Shown: in pieces, positions 18,272 to 25,680 of the stretch | Numbering within the stretch: position 1 is the stretch's first letter | How the letters are laid out: every line of letters starts with the position of its first letter | Source: an uncultured Methanosarcinales archaeon | GTDB lineage: Archaea > Nanobdellota > Nanobdellia > Woesearchaeales > JACPBV01 | Length of the DNA: 32,000 nt | Direction of reading: 5' to 3' | Assembly: GCA_964577685.1 (NCBI GenBank) | Contig: CAZNZT010000006.1 | Coordinates: 39,320 to 71,319, forward strand | Notes under the pieces: model-generated | Database searches by the model: none | The model's input: only the letters and a program-made list of their open reading frames with translations | Told to the model about the DNA's origin: nothing | Made by a program: the position numbers and the translations under genes

Positions 18272-18919
18272 TCACCAAAAAGGTATCCTCGTTGCTTTTA
18301 TGAAGCTAAGAAGCTTCCCAACAGACCCAAAAAAATGATTGCTCTTTATAGTAGTTTTTCTTCTTTTTATAGCGTCCCTCAATTCACCATCAAAGACAGT
18401 ATAGGCCCTACCAAGTTCAAAAGAAAAATGTGCATCCGAACCAGCTACCTTAGCCATTTTATTCTCTTCAGCAAATCTTAGTGCCTTTTTATTAGTAAAA
18501 TAAAAAAGCCTTCCATTATTACATTCAACAGCATCTAACAAACCTAGGTCCACACCATTCTTCTTAAACCTAAGCCTTGGAAAGATATCAAAAGGATGGG
18601 CTATAATCGCTATTCCGCCTTGTCTGTGTATCTTCTCAACAGCAGAAAAGAAATCCCATTCCTTTACATCTTCAGTTAAATAAAGCCCAAGAAGATGTCC
18701 TCTATTGGTATACACCTCGCTACCAACAATTACCTCAAAGTCCTTATCTTTATTGAGCTTAGAAACTTTTATAGCTCCTTTTATAGTGTTATGATCAGTT
18801 ATAGCAATCCCATCAAGTCCAACTTTCTTCTTTGCTATCTTTAACAAAACCTCTGGCTTAAGACTAGCACAAGGAGAATAGTTGGTATGAACATGCAGGT
18901 CATATTTCATAATAACCAC
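18272..18919 (-). CDS. PHP-domain metal-dependent phosphoesterase
   Basis: YDLHVHTNYSPCAS, the conserved DG.A.TDHN, IAHP and GSDAH His/Asp motifs of the PHP fold. Confidence 0.8.
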   Translation of the reverse strand: MVIMKYDLHVHTNYSPCASLKPEVLLKIAKKKVGLDGIAITDHNTIKGAIKVSKLNKDKDFEVIVGSEVYTNRGHLLGLYLTEDVKEWDFFSAVEKIHRQGGIAIIAHPFDIFPRLRFKKNGVDLGLLDAVECNNGRLFYFTNKKALRFAEENKMAKVAGSDAHFSFELGRAYTVFDGELRDAIKRRKTTIKSNHFFGSVGKLLSFIKATRIPFW

Positions 18920-18922
18920 TAC

Positions 18923-19243
18923 TTACCCAAAGAGCTTCTTCATCATTTCGTCCAGTAACCGCTTACCTTCTGACAACAGCCTTTCCCCTTTCTTTGTTAT
19001 ATAGTAATACTTCCTTCTAGGCCCACCCTTATTAGAAGAATCCATTTTAGACCTAACATATCTTTCTAACTCAAGTTTGTATAGAACAATATAAGATGTT
19101 ATTGTCGCAGAATTAAAGCCAAAATTCTTTTGTATCTCCCTCTTAAGTTCATACGCATATCTAGGTTTCATTTTTAATAACTTCAAGATGTACAACCATA
19201 ACACTTCCTTTGTTATTTTATTCCTTAATCTTTCAATAGGCAT
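18923..19243 (-). CDS. PadR-family winged-helix transcriptional regulator
   Basis: YAYELKREIQ...SYIVLYKLELERYVRS...RRKYYYITKKGERLL is the typical PadR pattern. It is the first gene of the minus-strand lipid operon. Confidence 0.8.
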   Translation of the reverse strand: MPIERLRNKITKEVLWLYILKLLKMKPRYAYELKREIQKNFGFNSATITSYIVLYKLELERYVRSKMDSSNKGGPRRKYYYITKKGERLLSEGKRLLDEMMKKLFG

Positions 19244-19262
19244 AACTACACTAAAAAAACAG

Positions 19263-19276
19263 AATATTTAAATATT
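19263..19276. promoter_or_regulatory. Perfect 14-bp AT palindrome AATATTTAAATATT in the padR/SDR divergent intergenic region (bidirectional TATA-like element and/or operator)
   Basis: Read directly. It is self-complementary and lies about 20 nt upstream of padR and about 35-45 nt upstream of the SDR start. Confidence 0.35.
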
Positions 19277-19310
19277 TATCTATTACTACTATTTTATCAT
19301 CATAAAATAG

Positions 19311-20066
19311 TTGGTACCTATGAACAAAGAACTAAAAGGAAAGGTAGCAATCATAACAGGAGCAAGTAGAGGCATAGGAAAAGCAATAGCAATAGAGCTA
19401 GCAAAAAAAGGAGCAGACCTTGCAATCTTAGCAAGGACGAAAGAAAAACTTGAAAAACTAAAGAACCTTATTAAAAGAAGATACAATGTAAATGTTATTG
19501 CGTTGGTTGCAGATGTATCAAATAGTAAAGCTATAGAAAAACAATTTAGACTAGTTAAGGAAAAGCTTGGAAGAATAGATATTCTTGTAAACAATGCAGG
19601 GGTTAATGTAAGAAAAAATATCCATAAAATAAAAGAAGAAGAATGGGACTATGAGATAAACACAAACTTAAAAGGCACATTCATATGCTCAAAGGTAGCA
19701 TCAAAATATATGAAAAAACAAAGAAGAGGATGGATTATTAACATAGCTTCATTCAAAGTAAAAGAACCAGCTACATCCGCAGGTTATACTGCCTCAAAAA
19801 CAGGGATAATAGGACTAACAAGATGCCTAGCAAGAGACCTTATTCCGTATGGCATATATGTAAATGCCATTTCCCCCGGACCAATAGAAACTGACATGGC
19901 AAAACAATGGTCAGAAGAAGACAGAGAAAGATACATAGACAAAACAGCAATAAAAAGACTTGGAAAACCAGAAGAAATAGCTTCAGTAGTTTCGTTTCTA
20001 GTAAGCAAAGGAGCAAGCTATATAGTTGGAGCAAACATAGATGTTAATGGAGGAATCCTGTGGTAA
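19311..20066 (+). CDS. Short-chain dehydrogenase/reductase (FabG-like 3-oxoacyl reductase family)
   Basis: TGASRGIGKAIA (TGxxxGxG), NNAG and YTASK (YxxxK). The true start may be the ATG at 19320 (MNKEL). Confidence 0.85.
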   Translation: MVPMNKELKGKVAIITGASRGIGKAIAIELAKKGADLAILARTKEKLEKLKNLIKRRYNVNVIALVADVSNSKAIEKQFRLVKEKLGRIDILVNNAGVNVRKNIHKIKEEEWDYEINTNLKGTFICSKVASKYMKKQRRGWIINIASFKVKEPATSAGYTASKTGIIGLTRCLARDLIPYGIYVNAISPGPIETDMAKQWSEEDRERYIDKTAIKRLGKPEEIASVVSFLVSKGASYIVGANIDVNGGILW

Positions 20067-20082
20067 AAACTCAGAATAAAAA

Positions 20083-20640
20083 ATGAACACTCCAAATAAA
20101 CTAACACTTCTAAGACTTCTATCAGTTCCATTTATAATACTTTTAATGTATATAAATAATATAACAGCAGCCTATTCTGCCTTTGCCCTCTTCATACTCT
20201 CAATGATAACAGACATCATTGATGGAAGAATAGCAAAAAGAAAGAAGAAGGAAACACTATTTGGAAAATTTCTAGATCCAGTAACAGACAAGATTTTAAT
20301 CCTCTCAATATTCTTTGTTTTTGTTGATAAAGGATTCATACCAATGTGGCTAGTCCTGATATTGTTAGCAAGAGAACTCACCATCTCTGGACTAAGAAGC
20401 ACAGCATCTGCTAGAGGTAAAATAATAGGAGCAAACTGGATGGGAAAAACAAAGGCATTTAGTCAAACACTTATTATTTCAATAACCCTATTACTAAATG
20501 CTCTAAACTATTCAATAAACATAGAAAAAGTAATACCGAAGATAACCACGCCATTAACATTAATCATGGTGACAATATCAGTAATCTTTCTATTCAATTT
20601 TATGTATCAGAATAGAAAACTCATTCTTAAAGATACATAG
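20083..20640 (+). CDS. CDP-alcohol phosphatidyltransferase, PgsA-like (archaetidylglycerophosphate or -inositol-phosphate synthase type)
   Basis: N-terminal NKLTLLRL and DGRIAKRKKKETLFGKFLDPVTDK motif, in a 185-aa polytopic protein. Confidence 0.82.
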   Translation: MNTPNKLTLLRLLSVPFIILLMYINNITAAYSAFALFILSMITDIIDGRIAKRKKKETLFGKFLDPVTDKILILSIFFVFVDKGFIPMWLVLILLARELTISGLRSTASARGKIIGANWMGKTKAFSQTLIISITLLLNALNYSINIEKVIPKITTPLTLIMVTISVIFLFNFMYQNRKLILKDT

Positions 20641-21483
20641 CTATGTCTCTTTTATAAACTTATAAATTTCCCTAAAGGACCTCTCTTTACCTTTGTCTAT
20701 AATAAAAACATGATAAGCGTTTGGTATCCAAACAATTTTCTTCTTTCTTGACCTTGTATGTGTGGCTATATAATCAACACTCCTATTGCTCAAACCAAAG
20801 TCAGCAGTAGATTGCATAATTAGTATAGGAACAGTGATGTCCTTCATATTGATTATCCCTTCTCTAATAACCTTTAAGACATGCTTAACGCATCTCAGTG
20901 GAATCCTATCATAAGTCACCCTCTCGCTTATCAGCTTAGTACCTAATGCACTGTGGTACCATTTCTTTTGGTAATCCTTAAAAAAAGAAAGAAAAGGAAA
21001 GACAATCTTAAAAAGCCTCTCCTTCTTAAAGAATACAGGGGTAGCCATAGATATAACACCATCTACCTCAAACCGACTAGCAATTATAATAGCAAGACTT
21101 CCACCAAAAGAATCTCCTCCTACATATATCTTATTCACATCTTTTCTAAGCCTCTTATAAGCCCTTTCTGCACATCTTATCCAATCTCTATATCCCTTAC
21201 TAGCTAGGTGCTCAGGTGTCCTACCATGCCCATCTATAAGAGGAACATAAACAGTAATGCCTCGGTCAGCAAGATATTTACTTAGATATTTATAATCACA
21301 GGGAGAACTTGTAAAGCCATGAAAAAACAAAACTCCTGTTTTTCCCCTCTTATAATAGATTGGTTCAGCACCACGCATAATCTTCACGGGTTTTAACTTC
21401 TTTCTCCAGCCGAAAAAGATTTTTATTCCCTTGTATAAGGTCACAAATGCAAGAAACGAAAAAATATACGTCAGCATAAACAA
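20641..21483 (-). CDS. Alpha/beta-fold hydrolase (esterase/lipase type) with an N-terminal TM anchor
   Basis: HGFTSSP oxyanion motif and GDSFGG nucleophile elbow (GxSxG). It is convergent with the PgsA-like gene with no gap. Confidence 0.75.
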   Translation of the reverse strand: MFMLTYIFSFLAFVTLYKGIKIFFGWRKKLKPVKIMRGAEPIYYKRGKTGVLFFHGFTSSPCDYKYLSKYLADRGITVYVPLIDGHGRTPEHLASKGYRDWIRCAERAYKRLRKDVNKIYVGGDSFGGSLAIIIASRFEVDGVISMATPVFFKKERLFKIVFPFLSFFKDYQKKWYHSALGTKLISERVTYDRIPLRCVKHVLKVIREGIINMKDITVPILIMQSTADFGLSNRSVDYIATHTRSRKKKIVWIPNAYHVFIIDKGKERSFREIYKFIKET

Positions 21484-21577
21484 GGATTGTTATTAAAACT
21501 ATATAAAAGTTTTTTTAAAAGCCCTAAACAAAACACGAAAGCTATTTAAACAAACAGGTATCCAAGTTAAAAGACAA

Positions 21578-22525
21578 ATGGGAAAAACAAAAAACAGAAA
21601 TATCTGGATCATATTAAAAATATCAATAAGCCTGATATTCTTATTATTTGTACTTGTAAAGATAGGTTACAAACAAATAATAAATACCTTCCTAAAGATA
21701 AACCCGCTTATCTTAATTCCAACAATTATTATTCTTCTGCTTAACCTCATACTTGCGAATATAAGACTTCTTATCCTCCTAAGAGTGATAAAACCCAAAT
21801 TCCCTTTTCTAAGATTATTCAAACATTATCTGATAAGCTGGGCTATAAGTATGTTTACACCAGCAAAACTTGGCCTCTTTTCAATAGTCTATTTCTTAAA
21901 AAAAGAAAAGATTAAACTCGGAGAAAGCGCCCTTGTCTTTATTATTGACAGAATAATTGCTCTAGTCACATTGCTTATTTTTTCCTCATTTAGCTTATTC
22001 ATACTATTTAAGATAAAAGAAGACATAGTAGCATATATAATAATGCTTGCTATATTCGCACTATCACTAGCGGTTGGTTCTTACATTATACTAAGTGATT
22101 TCGGAAAAAAACTGATTAAGAGGTATATACTCAAAAAATACTCAAAAAGCTTTGAAGGCTTTTCAAGAGCCCAATTGATTATTTCAAAAAACAAAAAATC
22201 AATACTAAACAATTTTGTGGCAAATGTAATTCAATGGAGCACAAATGCATTACAGGTCCATATCGTCTTCTTGGGCTTCCACCAAAAAATAGGCTTCTTT
22301 CATGTTCTAACAATAAAATCTTTACTGAACATAATATCATTTATTCCTATAAGCCTAAGTGGGCTTGGTATAAGAGAGGCATCTGCAATATTCTTTTTTT
22401 CAAAACTCGGAATTGAAGAAAAAATAACAGCAACAACATTTTTCTTTTTGTTGATTATACTATATCTACTTGCATTTGCCATATTGATAGCCTACCCCTA
22501 TAAAAACAGAAAGACAAAAGATTAG
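21578..22525 (+). CDS. UPF0104 / lysylphosphatidylglycerol-synthase-TM-region-like (flippase-like) membrane protein
   Basis: A 315-aa polytopic protein with a basic N-terminus and the C-terminal GLGIREA motif remembered from this family. Confidence 0.6.
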   Translation: MGKTKNRNIWIILKISISLIFLLFVLVKIGYKQIINTFLKINPLILIPTIIILLLNLILANIRLLILLRVIKPKFPFLRLFKHYLISWAISMFTPAKLGLFSIVYFLKKEKIKLGESALVFIIDRIIALVTLLIFSSFSLFILFKIKEDIVAYIIMLAIFALSLAVGSYIILSDFGKKLIKRYILKKYSKSFEGFSRAQLIISKNKKSILNNFVANVIQWSTNALQVHIVFLGFHQKIGFFHVLTIKSLLNIISFIPISLSGLGIREASAIFFFSKLGIEEKITATTFFFLLIILYLLAFAILIAYPYKNRKTKD

Positions 22526-22537
22526 ACTCAAAATAAA

Positions 22538-23053
22538 ATGAAAGAAAAAATAATAACAATACCAAATATAATAACACTATGTAGATTAATACTTATTCCT
22601 TTCTTTGTAATATCAATTATCTACAATAGAGTAGAATTCTCAATCCTATTGTTTACTGGAATAGCGCTCAGCGACACTCTTGACGGCTTATCTGCAAGGA
22701 TAATAAAACAAAAAACAAAAAAAGGAGCTATATTTGATAGCCTAGTAGATTGGCTGGTTTTATTTTCGGTTTTGACATTAGCTGTATTCAAAAAAGAGTA
22801 TATTAGCACAAAGATAGCAATAGCTTTAATGGTCCCAGCAGTAATAATATTTATAACAAAAGTTATTTATATAAAAAAGCAAAAAACAAAAACTCCATCC
22901 ATTATAGGAAAAGTAATGGTAGCTTTTGCATATGTGACTGTTATTGCAATCTTGATAGAATTTAAATACAAAAATATCTTCTTAATAACGACGACAATCC
23001 TAGTATATGCAACAACAATAAACTATGTAAGAAAAGATATAGGCATATTCTAA
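22538..23053 (+). CDS. CDP-alcohol phosphatidyltransferase family protein (substrate unknown)
   Basis: PNIITLCRL plus the canonical DGLSARIIKQKTKKGAIFDSLVD motif, 12 nt downstream of the UPF0104 gene. Confidence 0.8.
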   Translation: MKEKIITIPNIITLCRLILIPFFVISIIYNRVEFSILLFTGIALSDTLDGLSARIIKQKTKKGAIFDSLVDWLVLFSVLTLAVFKKEYISTKIAIALMVPAVIIFITKVIYIKKQKTKTPSIIGKVMVAFAYVTVIAILIEFKYKNIFLITTTILVYATTINYVRKDIGIF

Positions 23054-23089
23054 GAAATCTGAGAAATGTGACTTAAAACCACAAATTAC

Positions 23090-23155
23090 TCACAACTCCG
23101 TAAACTATTTAAATAAGTTGTGATTAAGATAATCACTAATGACTAAATTAATCAC
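23090..23155. promoter_or_regulatory. Cluster of TCAC(AA)/(TT)GTGA repeats around a TATA-like box upstream of thioredoxin (candidate operator)
   Basis: TCACAACT (23090-23097) and AGTTGTGA (23116-23123) form an 8-bp inverted repeat around CTATTTAAATA. GTGATTA (23120-23126) and TAATCAC (23130-23136) form a second inverted repeat. A further TAATCAC lies at 23149-23155. Confidence 0.4.
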
Positions 23156-23170
23156 AAACGATTTAAAAAA

Positions 23171-23566
23171 ATGGATGAACTTGAAAGAATAAAACAAAGA
23201 AAAATAAAAAAGCTTATAGAAAAAATGAGGGATGCAAAAATGAAAACCACAATTGAAGTAGACGATAGCACTTTCGAGAAAGAGGTTATAGAAAAAAGCA
23301 AAGAAATTCCTGTAGTAGTAGACTTTTGGGCAACATGGTGCATGCCATGTCTAATATTAGGTCCGATACTAGAAAAACTTGCTGAAGAATACAAAGGTAA
23401 GTTTATTTTAGCAAAACTGAATGTTGATAAAAACCCAATAACAAGCCGTAAATATGGAATAATGAGCATACCTGCTGTTAAGCTATTTAAGAATGGAAAG
23501 GTGGTTGACGAATTCATAGGGGCTTTACCAGAAATAGCGGTTAGGCAGTGGCTTAACAAGATTTAG
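23171..23566 (+). CDS. trx: Thioredoxin (WCMPC active site)
   Basis: VVVDFWATWCMPC...KLNVDKNP...YGIMSIPAVKLFKNG. The real start may be an internal ATG (23225 or 23240), which would give a typical protein of about 108 aa. Confidence 0.88.
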   Translation: MDELERIKQRKIKKLIEKMRDAKMKTTIEVDDSTFEKEVIEKSKEIPVVVDFWATWCMPCLILGPILEKLAEEYKGKFILAKLNVDKNPITSRKYGIMSIPAVKLFKNGKVVDEFIGALPEIAVRQWLNKI

Positions 23567-23617
23567 GCATACAAAGTAATCAAAAAGAAATCTTCTATCT
23601 TGAAGAGGTAAAACAAA

Positions 23618-24958
23618 ATGTGGAAAAAACTATCTACTCTACAAAAGAACCTAGTATGGTCAATCCCATCATTTATGTTACTAGGCATACTATTTGGATA
23701 TTTCATTAATCCCTCTTTCCTCAGAATATTAATCCTTCCTCTAACATTCCTGATGGTCTACCCAATGATGGTAAATCTACAGATAAAGAAGGTTTTCTCT
23801 AGCGGAGATTATAAAGTACAGCTAATTGCTCAACTAATAAACTTCGCAATCATACCATTTGTTGCATTTGGTATAGGAAAATTGTTCTTTAGCAATAACC
23901 CGTTAACAGCATTAGGCTTGTTATTAGCAGCATTACTCCCAACAAGTGGAATGACTATATCATGGACAGGATTTGCAAAAGGAAACCTTAATGCTGCAAT
24001 AAAAATGACAATTATTGGCCTGATATTTGGTTCACTAGCAACTCCTCTTTATGCTAAATGGCTCATGGGCACTGTGATAGAAATACCAATATCCAAGATA
24101 TTCATACAAATAGCATTTATTGTTTTTATTCCAATGATACTAGGCTACCTCACTCAAATATTCATAATTTCAAAATATGGAGAAGCCAAATATCAAAAAG
24201 ATTTTAAGAAAAAATTTCCTATGCTCTCCACCCTAGGTGTACTAGGGATAGTATTCGTTGCAATGGCACTAAAATCAAAAACAATTATTTCAGAGCCTTC
24301 AAAGTTGTTGTTCCTATTCATTCCCTTATCTATCCTGTATGGCTTTAATTTTTTATTTAGTACCTTAATTGGCAAATTCTTTTTCAATAGAGAAGATGGC
24401 ATTGCCCTAGTTTATGGGACTGTTATGAGGAATCTATCCATAGCCCTAGCGATTGCAATGACTGTTTTTGGAAAACAAGGTTCTGAAATTGCATTAATTA
24501 TTGCGATGGCTTATATTATTCAGGTCCAATCGGCAGCATGGTATGTTAAATTTACAAGCAAGATATTCGGCAGAGCACCAGAAGATACCGCTGAAGATAT
24601 TATGGAAGAAGGGTTATTTGCCCTCTCCAGTCAGTCAACAATACAAGATGCAATAAATCTCCTTGATGAGGAACATATACATAGTATCGCTGTTCTCTCA
24701 AAAGATGAAAAACCTATCGGAATAATAACCGCAGACATCATTATCAATTCACTTGCAGAAGGCAAAGACCTCAAAACAAAACTGAAAGATATCAAACTAT
24801 TACCAGTAGTAATAGTCAAACAAAAAAGCCCCATCTCAGAAGTAATCAAAAAGATGAAAAGAAAACATGAATACAAAGTTCTTGTAGCAAATGAAAAAGG
24901 AGAAATTAAAGGTGTATTAACAGAAATGGACATACTTGATAAGTACAAAGAAAAATGA
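23618..24958 (+). CDS. BASS/ACR3-like (bile acid:Na+ symporter / arsenite-efflux superfamily) transporter fused to a C-terminal CBS pair
   Basis: About 320 aa of polytopic domain (FLMVYPMMVNL, LLPTSGMTISWTGFAKGNLNAAIKMT) is followed by about 120 aa with a CBS-pair pattern (HSIAVLSKDEKPIGIITADII ... KVLVANEKGEIKGVLTEMDIL). Confidence 0.7.
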   Translation: MWKKLSTLQKNLVWSIPSFMLLGILFGYFINPSFLRILILPLTFLMVYPMMVNLQIKKVFSSGDYKVQLIAQLINFAIIPFVAFGIGKLFFSNNPLTALGLLLAALLPTSGMTISWTGFAKGNLNAAIKMTIIGLIFGSLATPLYAKWLMGTVIEIPISKIFIQIAFIVFIPMILGYLTQIFIISKYGEAKYQKDFKKKFPMLSTLGVLGIVFVAMALKSKTIISEPSKLLFLFIPLSILYGFNFLFSTLIGKFFFNREDGIALVYGTVMRNLSIALAIAMTVFGKQGSEIALIIAMAYIIQVQSAAWYVKFTSKIFGRAPEDTAEDIMEEGLFALSSQSTIQDAINLLDEEHIHSIAVLSKDEKPIGIITADIIINSLAEGKDLKTKLKDIKLLPVVIVKQKSPISEVIKKMKRKHEYKVLVANEKGEIKGVLTEMDILDKYKEK

Positions 24959-25239
24959 AAAACAGAATCATGAAACTCATTGAGGAATATAAAGAATACT
25001 CAAGAAAGAATGGATTTAGCTTAAATCCAAACAAAAAGATTGTTGAAGGAGTAATCAAAGGACTATTGGAAAATGAGAAGAGGTATGGAAAAAGGTACTG
25101 TCCATGCAGAAGAATAAAAGGAATCCCAAAAGAAGATGAGAAGATAATATGTCCATGTGTCTATCACAAAAAAGAAATTAAAAAGCAAGGACATTGCCAT
25201 TGTCTATTATTTGTAGATAAAAAATACAAAAAAACATAA
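24955..25239 (+). CDS. Ferredoxin:thioredoxin reductase catalytic-subunit-like protein
   Basis: The CPC...CPC...CHC cysteine signature (YCPCRRIKG...IICPCVYHKKEIKKQGHCHCLLF). The start overlaps the transporter stop (ATGA at 24955-24958). Confidence 0.78.
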   Translation: MKNRIMKLIEEYKEYSRKNGFSLNPNKKIVEGVIKGLLENEKRYGKRYCPCRRIKGIPKEDEKIICPCVYHKKEIKKQGHCHCLLFVDKKYKKT

Positions 25240-25280
25240 AAATAAATAATGATATTTATTTATTAAGAGCAATAACTAAA

Positions 25281-25625
25281 ATGATAACATTTGCATGTAA
25301 AAAAATAAAGCAAGAGGAACTAATCAGATGTTCTTTTAATCTTAATAAAACAGAATATAATGTATTGATGTTCATGTTAAAAAGAAAAAACCAAAACACA
25401 GTATCTCAAATTGCAAGAGCAATGAAACTAGAAAGAACAACAATTCAAAAAGCAATAAAGAATCTAGTAAATAAAGGTCTTGCTAAGAGAACACAAAGAA
25501 ACCTGCCTAAAGGAGGGTACATCTTTCTTTACGAAATATATAACAAAGACAAAATCAAGAGTGAGATTAAAAAAATAGTCCGTAAGTGGTACAAGACTGT
25601 AGAAGAAGCCATAAATAGAATATAA
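25281..25625 (+). CDS. Small winged-helix (MarR/TrmB-like) transcriptional regulator
   Basis: LNKTEYNVLMFMLKRKNQNTVSQIARAMKLERTTIQKAIKNLVNKGLAKR is a helix-turn-helix plus wing pattern. Confidence 0.65.
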   Translation: MITFACKKIKQEELIRCSFNLNKTEYNVLMFMLKRKNQNTVSQIARAMKLERTTIQKAIKNLVNKGLAKRTQRNLPKGGYIFLYEIYNKDKIKSEIKKIVRKWYKTVEEAINRI

Positions 25626-25680
25626 CTATCCATCACAAAGATAGATAAATATTTTAAGCAATAGTATATTCCTCTTAGTT

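Noticed and set aside
25240-25261. An AT-only 9-bp hairpin (AAATAAATA...TATTTATTT) after the FTRc-like gene, as a possible terminator.
   Set aside because: The stem is entirely A-T and thermodynamically weak, and it is expected by chance in this composition. Archaeal termination needs only T-runs.
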